Assembly (NCBI GenBank): GCA_017499595.2
Contig: CM039001.1
Span: 186,001-250,000, forward strand
Direction: 5' to 3'
Source: Psilocybe cubensis
Taxonomy: Eukaryota
DNA length: 64,000 bases
Each line of letters opens with the position of its first letter. The stretch's first letter is position 1. Shown here in pieces: positions 11,089 through 24,449 of this stretch. Both the position numbers and the translations under genes were made by a program. The notes beneath the pieces are model-generated. The model saw only the letters and a list, made by a program, of their open reading frames with translations. It was not told the DNA's origin and did not search any database.

Positions 11089-14000
11089 TCATCGACCAGC
11101 CTCCCAAGCATCATCACGTGGAGAATGGGCGTCTAACGTATTCCCATCTGGATCCACCTCCCCCCGTCTCAAAGCATCCTCGTCACTGGATCTTTGCAGC
11201 TGTCTAGTTTGAGAACGTGCCACAGGATTGCTAGTGCGAGCAACAACAGCAGGACTGGGTCTCGTCAGCCCATAGTAAACATCAAGATCCAGGCATTCTG
11301 CATCAGGGTCGTCGTTAGCGTTTCCGTGGTCGTGCATAGGGCGTATCGCATCGGGATTGCGGTTCAGAACAGGATTGGGACGGGTGTTTTGAGCAGTTGG
11401 ATTAGGGCTACCTAGCAAACTTGCTTGGATAGTGCTTTGAAGCCGAAGCCGCCGTCGCGCATTAGCAGCTACCCGTGCCTCCCGGCCAGCCACAGCTGTA
11501 CGCAGTTCACCCGCAACTCCACCCGGCGTCGAACGCAACAACGTGTTGCCAGCATTCCCAGCCACACCCGCGCTAGTCGTATCATCCGCCTCCTGTACCC
11601 CACCAAGATACCGTTGTTCAAAAATGTTCAACTCGCGCTCCAAATCCGACGCCTGGCGCATCATCTCCGCCACCTCAATCGCCCAAAACTCCGATTGGCG
11701 AACAGCAATCCCTCTGAGGTGCTCGATGGACCTTTGCAGCGACGCAATAAGGGCGCGCACCATGACCATCTGCGGTCCTGCAGGCCCCTCTCCATTCCAG
11801 CGAATGTTCTCAGTAAGGCCGTTCAACAAGGTAAACATTTCGCGTTGCAATCTGTCTTGCTCCGCTTCCAACATCTGTATTCGGGGTTGATGTTGGGGTA
11901 ATGTTCTAATAGAGCCTCGGAGGGATGTTGTAATCTCACGAAGGGAGGTTTGGAGCATACGAACATTCCACCTTGGATCATCGGCCATGGAGACAATATC
12001 TCGAGTATCAGATTCAGGCAAGTTAAAGTGCCCCGCAACCATCGCTGAATCCAGATCTGCCACAACTCGCGTGAGCAAGCGCCGTAGCTCTGTACCAGGC
12101 GCAATAAAAGAGTCAAAAGACTGCCTCGTCAGCCCCGCCAGCTGCACGCTCTGTATGCGCAGTTCACGTTGGCGTTGTAGGTGTCCAACGAATTGGCGGA
12201 GGGAGTCTCGCAGCGCTCCGTCAAGGTGGCGGTCCTGAGATAGCGATGTTAACATCGCATTCAAGTCGGCGTACTGTTCGGGGTTTTCGACTGTCTGCTG
12301 ATTTGTTGGTGTTGTGTTGGATTCGGGCGGAAGAAGCGTCGGAGGCTCTGGTCCGGAGGAAGCTACAATGTTCTGGATTAAAAAACTCAAACGCGTAAAG
12401 TATAGCAGTAACCACTCTCACCTGGAGTACGTTCGCCTACATCACCTACAGTTAACCCAGATTCAGAATAGACCCGCATTTGGCGCCGTGGAACAGGCCT
12501 GTTACCAGTGTCAACATTTGTCCTTGTTGGTGTACCACCATCTCCGGCGTTCGCATTAGCATTAGAAGGCGTCAGCACCACATCCGCCATCGGAAGTGGA
12601 ATCTGTTCTGGTGATGCAACAACTGCGCTACCTCCTAAAACAGTAGGTACCACAGTGGGGCGGTGTTCAGAACCAACAGGGCGGCCATGGGCCAACTCCA
12701 ACTCCCGCTGTGCACGCTCACGCTCCTCCCTCAAGAATCGCAATTCACGGAGGGCTTCGTCGACATTGATAGGCATCACTTCTTGATCCACACCATGTAC
12801 ACTTTCCTCGTCATCACTGTCCTCGATGCTACCCTCACCCTCATCCTCTCCAACACCCACACCCACACCCACACCTCTACCCCCACCCGTTTGTACACTC
12901 GCATTCACATTCACACCCGAATTTACTCTCGCTCCATCACGCATATCCACACCCCTAACCACAGTATTCGAATTCGAATTCGATACAGCATCAGCAGCAT
13001 CATCAGCAGCAGCAGCCCGCCCCAGTCCAATAGCCGACGACCGCCCAACAGCGCTCACATTCTCCGCAAAGAACGTATAAACCACACGCGCATTATACCG
13101 CGGCGCACCCGTATGCGCATCATACGTCGTCGTCGTCGAAGGGTTCGGAAGCCAATATGCCGCGCCTTCAGGTGCGCGTATCCTGTTCCTGTTCCTGTTC
13201 CTGTTCCTGTTCCTGTTCCGTCCCAGGTCAACTGCTGTGGCGACTGTCTGGCGGTGTCTTTGTACAGGTCTGACACTGACATTGGGCTGGTTTAATTGTC
13301 GTCGGGCAGGGGCAGGAGCCTGAGGTCTGTTGGGCCTGTATGTACGGAACGGATGCACGTGCGCGTGCGCGTGGGGGGGATGCTGCCGCGGCGCGGTCAG
13401 CAACGGAATGCGCAACTGTGCTGCTGATCCCAAATGATTCTGGTGTGCGGGTGCCATACCCTCATTGACGGCCGTCCGAGTCGATGTAGAATTCGGCCCC
13501 GGCTCTGCATCCCCAGCAGCACTACTCGCGGAATCAACGGCGGCGGCGGCGGCAGCGGCCTCCCGCGCCCTCTGCTCGATCCGCTGCCTAACCATCCGCC
13601 CTCTCCGCGTCTCACTCTCATCTTCCCCATCCCTTCCTGTCATCGACCCTCGCCCTCCTCCCCCACCACTCATGCCCCAGCCCATATTCACCGGAGGATG
13701 ATGCGGAGGAAACGGTATACTCAAACTCAAACTCAACCCTGGGGCAGGGGGTGCATGCCTCGTTAGCTGTGGCGGAGTGGGAGGGGGAAGCGTCGTAAGA
13801 TCAATATCGATGATAACGTCGGGATAAAAAGGGCGGTGGCCGGGCGATGGAGTTGTGGGGTGCGCATGCGCATGCGCATGTGTATGCGCATGCGCATGCG
13901 CATGTGTATGCGCATGTGGATGTGCGTGTGTATGTGCGTGTGTATGTGCGTGTGCGTGTGCGTGTGCATGTATGGGAGCAGGGGCAGGAATAGGAATACC

Positions 14001-17000
14001 ATGGTACCCCAAAACGGGCGGGTGGACGTGCAGGGGCGCGAGTCCAGGCGCGTTATTAGGTAAATCGAGGTGTTCAGTTCGCGGTGGTACTGGTGTATGA
14101 CTCGGAACACTCCTTGTCGCTATCATGCGTGGTGTGTGTTCACGCTCAGCATTACCTCCCACACCCACTGAACGTGAACCTCCACCTCCAGAGGAACCCG
14201 CACCTACAGAAAGGAAAAAAAAAAAGAAACTATATCAATACCAACATCAGACCTGATCGCATCCGGACCCAAAAATACAAATAGACCGAGAGTAAAAGTG
14301 AAAGCGAAAGAGAAAAAAACAAAAAAAATCAACACACTTTCATCGCCTCGTGCCGAGCCCACAGACATCGCAGCACTCGTATTAATAGCCGGCGGTACAC
14401 TCCTACGCCGAGGAACAGGCTCCAACCTCCCTTGCGCATTATACCCAAAGTCAAACGGCAGCGTTGGCGGGCTCACAGGCTCGCCAGGAGCCGACATACC
14501 CATACCCAGACCGGGAGGATCCTGCGGTACAGGTATCCAAGCGCCATTATAGTACATAAGAACAGGCCAAGGCCATGCTCCGCTCCAACCTACCGATCCA
14601 GCTCCAGCTCCAGCACCAGCACCAGCCTGCATCGGACCCAACTCATGCTCAGGCTCCGGCTCATGCGCATGCTCCGGCCCAGGTCCACTCCTCATCAGCT
14701 CCCCCATCACCCAATCCACCTCCACAGGACCCACATCCCGATCCCACATCCCCAAATCACCCACAACCCCTCTCACAATCCGCTCCGCCAGCTCACGGGG
14801 CAGCGCATGGAGATCCATCGTTATTCCCGGGTGCAGCTGCTCTACCCGCTCGCGGATGATCGTTATCTCTTCAACTGTGAGGCGGTTCGCTGGCGGTGGT
14901 GGTGGTGGTGGTATATGCGGCGACACAGGGGGCGGGGATGGGGCGGGTTGCCTTGCTGTTTCCGTCGGTGTTCCCATTTGTCCAGCTGCAGTTGCAGTTG
15001 CAGCGGCACCACCACCACGAGTCATCCGCTCAAGCAGACTCTGCACCATTACCCCCCCAGAAGCAACCCTCTCAGCACCAAGCACCTCTCTCAACAGCGC
15101 CTCCGCCTCCTCTTGGGACAACGCCGCGCCGCCGCGCACCTCACGCACCTCACGCAAACGGGTCATGACGCGGGCCAGCTCTACCGGCGTTACCCGTCCC
15201 AACCCCGACCCCGTCGTGCGCGCATCTGACGCACCAAGCTGCTGCTGCTGTGGCGGCAGCAGGGGTGGTGGTGCTGGTGCTGGTGCTGGTAGTGACGGTG
15301 GCAAAGGCAGAGGAGGCCGCGGCAGGGTAGGTCCACCATCAGGAAAATACGCCCCGCTCTCCCAAGTCCACCCAGGATAATACCCCCCAAAATCCCGAAT
15401 CATCAATTGCCTCCTCGCCGCCTCGACATGCGGCCCACCGGTCAGCGCCACGTCCCGCCCCAGCACGTCCTCTATCACGCGCTGTGCCTGCGCGGCTGTT
15501 AGCCCGAGGTACATGGGGTCACGTCCTGGGTAGAGCGCCATTGCGCGCTGTATGAATTGTCCGATTGGGGCTTGTTCTTGTGCTTGTTGGGGGCTTGGCT
15601 GTTGCTGCTGTTGCTGCTGCTGCTGTTGTTGTTGTTGTTGTTGCTGTTGCTGCAACTGCTGCTGCTGCTGCAAGTGCTGCAAATGCTCCCACATCTGCTG
15701 ACGTCGCCGCAGCAGCTCCTGCCGATCCGTTGGAAAGCTGATTCGGGTGCTCAGATTTGGATTCGGATTCTGGGTAACCACGTTACCCGTGGTGGTGGTG
15801 GTGGTGGTGGTGGTGGTGGTGGTGGTGGTGGTGGTGGTGTTGTTTGAGTTGTTTGAGTTGTTGGCACGAGAGTGGACCGGAAATCGTGGTACAGACTCCC
15901 GAATAGCAGCGTAGAAATTCTTACAATAAAAAACATTCGACGCGCGCGCATCCGCACATGGCGTATACCGCATACCAAGGGTATTGCCACTATAATCAAA
16001 ACACAGAGTACATTGCATTGTCATGAGAAGATGTATTGAACAGAGAACAAAAGACGGAAGAAAGGAGTTGTGGACTCACCATACAGCACACCCGACACAT
16101 TCTCTTATACATCCACATACAGCTCTTATAGCCCTCCGTGCCGCTGCTCGATGTTCGCGGGTATAAGCTGGCTGATGCATATCGCGCTGCTGGTGCGTCT
16201 GCGAGGATCGAGATGAAGACGGGTCGGCCACAGGAGCGGGGCGAGAGGAAGACGCCGCCGCCGCCGAAGACGACGATGATGATGAAGACACATCTTCCAG
16301 GAAATACGACGCATCCATGGGGACAACGACACCTTCTGCCGGACCATCTGCAATATACGCGTACGTCGCGTCGTTTCCATCTCCTAGCGCATCCCTAACC
16401 CTGTCCCCAATCCCAATCCCACTACCGCTTGCATTTCCACTCGTGCTACTATCGACATCCACGCCCACATTCCTGCCTGGACCGACACCAACACCGACAC
16501 CGACACCGACACCCGTACCAACACCACTATCAACCCGCACCCCAAGTACACGCTGCTCTATACCCGCACGCGAAGGCCTAATAACCCCTCCAAACCCAAA
16601 CGCGTGCCTTGCGCGGGGTACACCACGAACATGGATAAACGCACCACAACCTGTACTTTTTTCTTCTTCTTCCTCTTCTTCCTCTTCGGTTTCTGTACCT
16701 TCATCTTTCGCCTTGCCTTTCCCTTTCCCTTTACCATCATGTTTTTCAGTTCCATTTCCCCGACTATCCGTTTTGGAAGTTTTGGAAGAAGAAGAGGAAG
16801 AGGGGATCGGCGCACCGCACACGAGGATGTACCCATCTTCCTCTTCTTCTTCCTCCTCCTCCTCCTCTCCCTCTTCCTCCCGCACCTCCTCTCCAACATC
16901 CCGTTGCACACCCATCCCCATCCCCACCATCCCACCCACAGCCCCCTCCCCGCGTCTTACCCTATTCGACATCACACCCACCGCATCCCACATCCTCAAA

Positions 17001-19471
17001 CTTTCCATCGCACCTCGCGGAACGGGTAGCGCGCGAACGCCCTGGTTCGGGGCTGGTATCGCGCTTGGGCCGGGATGAGCATGAGCATGAGCATGAGCAG
17101 CTGGAGGTGGTCCCGACAGGGCTGCTGTCGTCGTAGTTGAAGTTGAGGTTGGTAGTGGTGCTATAGCCGTTGTCGTTGTTGGTACCGTTGCTGTTGCTGT
17201 TGCAGCATCAGCTGCCAACGCCGACGCCGACGCGATCTCCCTATCCACATCCGCAATAAAGCTCCCAGTCGAACTGGAACTCGTACTCGCGCCACTAACA
17301 ATCGCGCGCACATCCATTCCAACCGTCCTCTCTGCGTCCAATTCATGTTCCAGCTGTACCTCACCCTCACTCTCACCTTCGTCACCATCGCCCTCGCCCT
17401 CATCATCCGCCTCACTATTCCTCCACTCATCCAACTCTACAAGCAGACGCCCAGCAGCCTGCGCAACGCGCCTATCATCCCTAGAAAGCAACGCACCATC
17501 ACCATCCCCCTCCCCCTCCTCCCCCGCATCTCCAGACTCTTCGTCCACTTGCTCTCTTCCCACAAACCCATCACGCGCACTCAAATCATCCCTCGATCTC
17601 GACCTCGACCTCGACATCGACATCGACATAGACCTCCCCAAAGCCCCCGGTATAAAAATCAGACTACCAGTACGCCTCCGCCCACGTCCTCCGCGCGATC
17701 TCAACCGTCTGATCGGCGCATTCTCCGCCGTATACCGCAAATGCGCTATAACATCCGACAAGGCGCTCTGCATCTCCTCATCATCCCCGTCTCCGTCTCC
17801 GCCCTCGCCCTCGCCCTCGCCCTCACCCGCACCCTCTCCACCTCCACCTCCGCCTCGAACTTCCACATATCCATTTTCACGCACAACAAAATCAATATCA
17901 ATCTCACTATCCCCATCCCCATCCCCATCCCCATCCCCATTAAAGGGGTCCAAAAGAGGCGGCTGCAACTCATCCAAATCAGCCGAGGGATTGGTGACGG
18001 CTGTACCTTCCGTGCTGCTAGGGTCGAGGTCGGTGCCAGAGGGCCAAGGCAGAGGATGCGGATGCGGTGACGGCATCGGCACCATCTCAGAGACAAATCC
18101 AATCGAACGATAAAATTCCGGCGACACCGACAACGTCGCTGACATCAGCGCCGCCGCTGCTGCTCCTCCTCCTGCTGCTGCTGCTGATGATGATGATGAT
18201 GCTGGGTCCGGCGACGACGATGGCAACATCGACGGCGGCGGCGGTGATGATGGTAATCCACGCCCATCCCCCGGATCGAGATGCCCATCGTCCGCCCACG
18301 CCCACGCATCGTACTCATACTCCGCCTCGTAATCCGGGTCGAATTCTCCTGTATACGCATCCTCTCCGCGCGCCCACGCCTCCTCCTGTCCCGCTCCCCG
18401 TCCCTGTCCGTGTCCATGTCCATGTCCCGGTCCAGCACCAGCATCCCACCCCAAGCTCACACTCACATCATCCAACCGCGGATGCCCCATAATCCCCGCA
18501 TTCATCAATATCTCCATCTCCATCTGAGTGTGAGCCGTAAATGGCCCGTCCACCATGTCCTGCTCATCTCCATGTACATGCTCATGCGGGCCCACGCGCA
18601 CAGCGCCGCGTCGGCGCAGACGGGACGCCTCGCCTGTCCGCACGAGGTCGGAGAGCACGATCGTGTCGTCTGCGTCTGTTACTGTTACTGCCATTGCGAC
18701 TGGGAGTGGTGGGGGCGGGGGTTGTGGTGTGATAGCTGGAGGTGGTGGGGGTGGGGGTGGGGGTGGCAGAGGGATAGTTCCTGTGGTTGAATTTGTCGTA
18801 TTCGTTAAAGAGTTAGCTGTGGATGACGCGTTTGTCGTAGTCGTAGAAGTAGTAGAAGTATGCGGGATGACGGGTGAACTTGATGACAGTGTCGATATCG
18901 ATGGTGGTAATAACGAAGCAGACACAGCAGGAGATCCATAACGATGCGACGAAACACCTCCACCCGCCCGTGCCTCGCCATCCAGCCACTCGCGCGGCCC
19001 ACCCACCCCTCCTCGCGACTCAAACAACCGCGGTGCGCGATCCTGGTCCCGGTCCCGCCCCTCCGACGCGCTGGACGACGTCGATGAGCCCGAGAGCGAC
19101 ATCTCCATCTCCACAGAGGAGACATATGAAAGTGCAGACTCCGTCGAGGACGAGGACGTGGACGTAGATGTGGACGACAACGAGAGAGACCTCGTGCGCG
19201 TCGTGTGCGGTCCCGTCGGGGTGGTGCTTCTGTTCGGCTCCTGTGCCTGCTGTCCGACGTGTTGTTGGTCTTGCTCGTGTCCCTGTCCTCGTTCGTCAGC
19301 GCGTCCCTGTACTTGCGCTTGTGCTTGTTCTTGGGTTAATGGGGTGCGGTCAATTTCAATTTCAGTGTCAGGTGAAAGCGGAGGGTCGAGTGATGTCGAT
19401 GCTGTCGATGTGGCTGATTCTGCTGTCGATGCCGACGTCGATGTTGAAAGCGACGGTAGTGGAAACACCAT
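11089..19471 (-). CDS. Giant (~2,699 aa) low-complexity protein with a dispersed Yippee/FAM72-like Cys-rich zinc-binding module; 4 exons
   Basis: Exons 19471-16080, 15989-14338, 14203-12422 and 12362-11089 join through GT-AG introns in consistent phase (total 8100 nt). Motifs: YILVCG, GCGAFIHVRG, VVVPMDASYF, CGCIRECVGCAVCGNTLGMRYTPC, YTFFAENVS. Confidence 0.72.
13181..13219. repeat. Coding (cctgtt)n hexamer repeat encoding RNRNRN
   Basis: Direct inspection. Confidence 0.9.
15789..15839. repeat. Coding (ggt)n microsatellite encoding poly-Thr; a poly-Gln tract lies at ~15600-15670
   Basis: Direct inspection. Confidence 0.95.
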
Positions 19472-20349
19472 CGCTCATCTGTGCGTGTCCTCTTGCGTCC
19501 TCTTGCGTTGCGTAGCTGATTCCAATAGAAACGTGTACAAGTGTAACGTGTAAAGCGTGTAAGACGTCCGGTTTATACTCCCAGTGATACACTAAGCGCC
19601 GAAAAGAAAAAAAAGAAAAAACGACCTGCTCGCGAATCGAACCATTACATCTCGTCGCGCATACATGCCCCAGCACAGAGCACAACATAGCATACGCACC
19701 TATTTTCCCACACCAGTCCTCCTCCAGCACCCAAAATCACGTCCAAGAATGTCAAGTTAACAGCGCTGTGTCGCGCGACGACGACGACGGCGGGAAGCGA
19801 AAAAGTGGGTGGGTTGGGGTGGTGAAAGGGATTTTGCATCCGCTTGGCATGAGGTTGCCCCATGGCACGTGTGATTACATAATAGATACTAAGATAGACA
19901 CTGAAGACAGGCGGAGTGTAAATGTGCGGCGTGTGCCGGACAACTTTAAGTTTAGTTGTTATCGCTGCGCTGATCATCTGGGGATGATAGCTGCGGAGTC
20001 AAGACTTTACTCGTTGGGCCTGAGAAGGTGAGATTGCATGTACGAGATTGTAAGTAAAAGCATGTTGAACATGACTAGTTGGCTGGTGAAAATATGTAAG
20101 GTTGTGAGCCACCGCAAACTCGCTGGAGAAGAGGATCTCGCATAAAGTATTTCTGATACACCTAAATTTGAATCAGCCGTCTCACAAAATCTGAGAGACT
20201 TCACCACCTACGTGTCTATCTATGCATGCCAATCACATTTTTTCGTTCAATACTTGCATGGACTGGCCGGTTCAAGAAAGTTCCTACTATGGCCATTGAA
20301 GACAAATAAGCGAACCAATGGACCATGTAGGCTTGCTTTGGATTCCAGA

Positions 20350-21300
20350 TGCCCCAAAAGGAAAAAAAAAAAATTGAAAGAAAAAATTGGCCGCTGCATT
20401 GTTAGAATCCGTCCCCATGGCCCATCTCCACTTTTCCTTACATTTAGCTTATCAGGCCACCCACTTGAGCCACACCACTCAAAGCGCAGATGTGCCATCC
20501 AACCCCCCTCAAATCCATATAAATAGCCACCAAAACCACCTCGCACACTCATCAACCCAATTCCACATCGCACCACAACACAACCCAACCCAACACAACA
20601 CAACCGCCTCTTAAATGGAGATTAATCTCCCCTACCAACCTCTCCACCAGCAGCAGAAGCAGCAGCAGCAGTACCCATCAAACACACACATCCCCAATCT
20701 TTCCAGAAGGTTTACACTCACCCCATCACCATGTCATAGGGTCCCAATCACCCAACCCTCTCCGCTCTTTCATTCTCAATCACCCGCCCGCCTCGGCCAG
20801 TGGAAGTACAACCTACCCACCACTTATAAACGCCTCCCACACGGCTGGATTTACAAGACAGAGTGGGCTGGAACGCTGGAATTGGCGTATGCAGTACTCT
20901 GAGAGATCTAAGCGGTGAACTAGGGCGTCTTTCCAGAAGGTTTATGGTGTCTTTCCAGAAGGTTTATGGCGTCTTTCCAGCAGGTTTATGGCGTCTTTCC
21001 AGCAGGTTTACACAATCTTTCCAGAAGGTTTACCGCCTCTTTCCAGAAGGTTTAGACCATCTTTCAAGAAAGTTCACCCAAAAACATGGACAAGGACAAC
21101 ACACCTACAAATTCCCAGCAGACACGATTGCCTGGGATGGCATTGATGTCGAGGATATCATAACACTTCAAGTTCATGGGGTTTATAATATCTAGTACAG
21201 AATCTTTCCAGAGGTGTATTGATATTTTGATATTTTAATTCACATGTACAATCAAATCTAATTCAGTTATTTATACTTACATCTCTGTGTGATAATTTTA
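20350..21300 (+). repeat. Copy 1 of a ~1 kb dispersed repeat (probable non-autonomous TE) with a 21-bp minisatellite; left boundary approximate
   Basis: Aligns by eye with ~24450-25375; tandem units of tctttccag(a/c)aggttta at 20928-21070. Confidence 0.85.
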
Positions 21301-21638
21301 AGAGCTGTTACAACTAGCAAAAGAATATTTACACTGGGAGGTCATTAATGTTGAAGATGTCATACTATTTCAGCAGAGTTGGAGGTGATTGTCTTTCCAG
21401 TAGGTTTACATCTACTATAATTCACATGTATACCCCATCTAACTCAGATATTCCAAGGTCTCTCAGTAACTGGCTCTATGCCATAATTTAAAATACTCAA
21501 CCATACTATATAACTGCGCAAAGCTCATAACAAAAAACTCATGATATCTCAAAGATTTGCTTTTTATTGCTTATTACTATCATGCGCTATCTTTACATTT
21601 TTTCTCCAGCCGCACATCATCTGGAGTGCATTAGTAGT

Positions 21639-21941
21639 TTAAGGCCGAGAACCAATGCTATTTGATGACCCAAAATTGAATGTACCCCCATTTCCAAAAT
21701 TGAACCCTCTAGTTCCACTGTTGTAAGAACCCGCGCTGAACGCCCCATTGAAAGCGGATCCTCCGTTATTTCCAAAATTGGATGCACCGTTGCCAAAAGC
21801 GGATCCAGCGTTGCCAGCATTAAATCCACCATTGCTGTTACCAGAGTAAGTAATACCCTGTGGAAGCGCTGTTGTCTGCTGCACGAGCATAATTGTGATT
21901 GCCATCATGACTGGCGAAATTAGTGACACAGTGGACTTCAT
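21639..21941 (-). CDS. Small secreted Gly/Asn/Ser/Phe-rich protein, paralog 1 (100 aa)
   Basis: Hydrophobic signal peptide ending TTA/LPQG; mature part GITYSGNSNGGFNAGNAGSAFGNG...; two paralogs nearby. Confidence 0.85.
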   Translation of the reverse strand: MKSTVSLISPVMMAITIMLVQQTTALPQGITYSGNSNGGFNAGNAGSAFGNGASNFGNNGGSAFNGAFSAGSYNSGTRGFNFGNGGTFNFGSSNSIGSRP

Positions 21942-23202
21942 TGTTTTTGGACTATTTGATAAGAGGGATGTGTCAATTAAAAACTGTTCTCCAATGATTA
22001 CTCTGAAATAGAAATACATACGGCACTCAATATATCTGAAGAGCGTTAGGTGAGTGAATGTGCCAACATATAATGTTTGGCTTACCAGAACTCTCAGTGG
22101 GTAGAAACCTGGTGTAGACGAATTTATACAATGTTCATTATATAGCGAAAATGGAACGGCCCAGAGCCTTATTTGAAAGATGTTAAAGCTTACATCAAGT
22201 GTTTCTTTGTGGAGATTCCGTTCCTGTTTGGGGAATTGGACATTTAGTCCGTACTATTTCTTCACTAAGGGATTTGCAAAGACGAAGTCACTGTGACAAT
22301 GACATGGCGGATACCACTGGCCCTGGCCTGAAGAAGTGCCGTAGGCTGTAGCTCGCTTTTCCTGGGTCTAAAACACCCGTAACAGCCTACATCATTAGCG
22401 ACTAGTTAAAGCATACAAACCTTATAGGTAATAGACCCTAGAATGTTCCTCCCCTTGTTTGATTATGGAAGGACGCTTTAAATAACTCGTCTCTTAGTGT
22501 TGCCTATGAAATATCTCAAAGATTGGCTTCGAAGACTGTCTACCCAAATTTTAGCTGAAGGAATTGCAACCGCTGGCGCTGATGAGTTAATGGTTCACAA
22601 ACTACGGCGACATTCATAATGTTGGTCAGCGTACTACGTTACCTAGTCCTCTCAGATTGTCTACAATAATCTAGATTCCATTGCTGAGATAGACTACCTC
22701 AGTACTTCCTGAATCTCATATATATTAGCAGACGTCAATATTAAACACAATACAACGTCTTAAAATCTGGAACTATTTGGGAACTTTTGGAAGTCCATTA
22801 ACTTGTAGTATTGATGGTTACGATAGGACCACTTATCAGCTTATAGCAATAATGTTGATAGATCGAGGTGACTTCGACATCAGACTCCATCTCAGTCATT
22901 GAGTTATTATACGACTAGTTTAACATTTGGATGGTTGCTCTTATCGGACCCAGAGGCAGAGGAAGAGTCAGAATCAGCATGCCAGTGCTTACTTTTGCTT
23001 ACATACTAGTTCCCTTGATAACGTAAGCATTATCAAGCGGAACTTGAACAACCTCGGCTGATTCCGGACAACTTGGGCAGATATGTACAAGTTCAAATCA
23101 AACAGTCTGAGATATTTTGAAACGATGGATTTTATATTGCTATATCATTCATATGCACTGTTTTAATATCCAGACGCGCATCATCTGTATGGAATCTCAA
23201 AA

Positions 23203-23505
23203 TCAAGGACGAGATCCAATGTTGTTTCCCGATCCGAAAGTGAATGAACCCCCACTCCCGAAATTGAAGCCGCCAGACCCACTGTTGGAGGTTCCGGCGT
23301 TAAATCCCCCGTTAAAGGCTGATCCACCGTTGTTACCAAAGTTTGAAGCGCCGCCTCCAAAGGTGGATCCAGCGTTACCGGCATTAAATCCACCGTTGTT
23401 GCTGCCAGAGTAGGTGATACCCTGGGGAAGTGCAGTCGTCTGCTGCACGAGCAGGATCAAGATCCCCATCGTGACCGACGAAATCAGCGACGCAGTGGAC
23501 TTCAT
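23203..23505 (-). CDS. Small secreted Gly/Asn/Ser/Phe-rich protein, paralog 2 (100 aa)
   Basis: MKSTASLISSVTMGILILLVQQTTALPQGITYSG...NNIGSRP; colinear with paralog 1. Confidence 0.85.
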   Translation of the reverse strand: MKSTASLISSVTMGILILLVQQTTALPQGITYSGSNNGGFNAGNAGSTFGGGASNFGNNGGSAFNGGFNAGTSNSGSGGFNFGSGGSFTFGSGNNIGSRP

Positions 23506-24449
23506 TGTGTACGGGATATCTTTGGTGCTATATGTCGATGCGACTTCGTCAGTCAGAATGGACATGGCATATAAATGTGTGGAAAAGGGCATACATACGT
23601 ATGGCGATAGGCTAGTGTATATCCGAAATTCTTTGGTAAATATGTGCGACTCTTGTAAGATGTATCTTACCTGACTTCTCAATAGGTAGAGTTCTGGGGT
23701 AGATAAATTCATACTATGTCCATTATATAGGGAAAATTGAGCAATGTGAAGTATTGTTAGAAAATGAAGCTTCCTTCAGGAGACTAATCACAGAGAGATT
23801 AAATGTCATATAAATTGATCTCTTCTCCAGACTTCCAATTTCGGAGTCTTTAGTTTGATTTCGTAGTCTCAAATTATGACTGGATTGGCAGGGCGTGTCA
23901 CTTTGAGAATGACATGAAGTTCGACATGGGTCCAGACTACTCGAGCTTGATTTGCCTATGGAACGCTAAGGACAGTGCTAATGCATGCAAAGTCAACGGA
24001 TCAAGAGTTAGACACCCTTTCCATGAACACACCAAGGATTCTCAACATCTTTCTTGATAATCGCGTTTCCTAATCTGCTTAAGAGAGTCCCGACGTGCAA
24101 CATTCAAGGAAGGGAGTCGAGACCAGGTCACCAAACAGGCTAACCTCATTCATTTTATTGTGAAATTCCATAATTGGACCTCAATTGAGCCTGGAGTTTA
24201 GTATTACTTCGATTCAACAGGTGGAAGATTCGATTGCGGTAAGTTTCTATCTGAATTTTACCAAGTCCGACGTGACAAAGTCAAAGCGGCAAAGGCATTC
24301 ATGTTGATAATATCATAATTTATAACACTGCATGACGATTAAAGTACAGAATCTTGCCAGAAGGCGTAATATACATGTTCAATCAAATCTAATCAAATTA
24401 CATATACTTACATAGGACCCTGGAAGCTCCCCTAGAGGCCTGTCTGGCC

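Noticed and set aside
11194-19553. Many plus-strand and alternative-frame ORFs (e.g. CACACAC or MRMRM repeats)
   Set aside because: Shadow ORFs of the GC-rich, repeat-rich minus-strand gene
20928-21070. Regularly spaced tctttccagaaggttta units resembling a CRISPR array
   Set aside because: Period is ~21 bp with only 4-5 variable bases, so there are no real spacers; no cas genes; eukaryotic context. It is a minisatellite.
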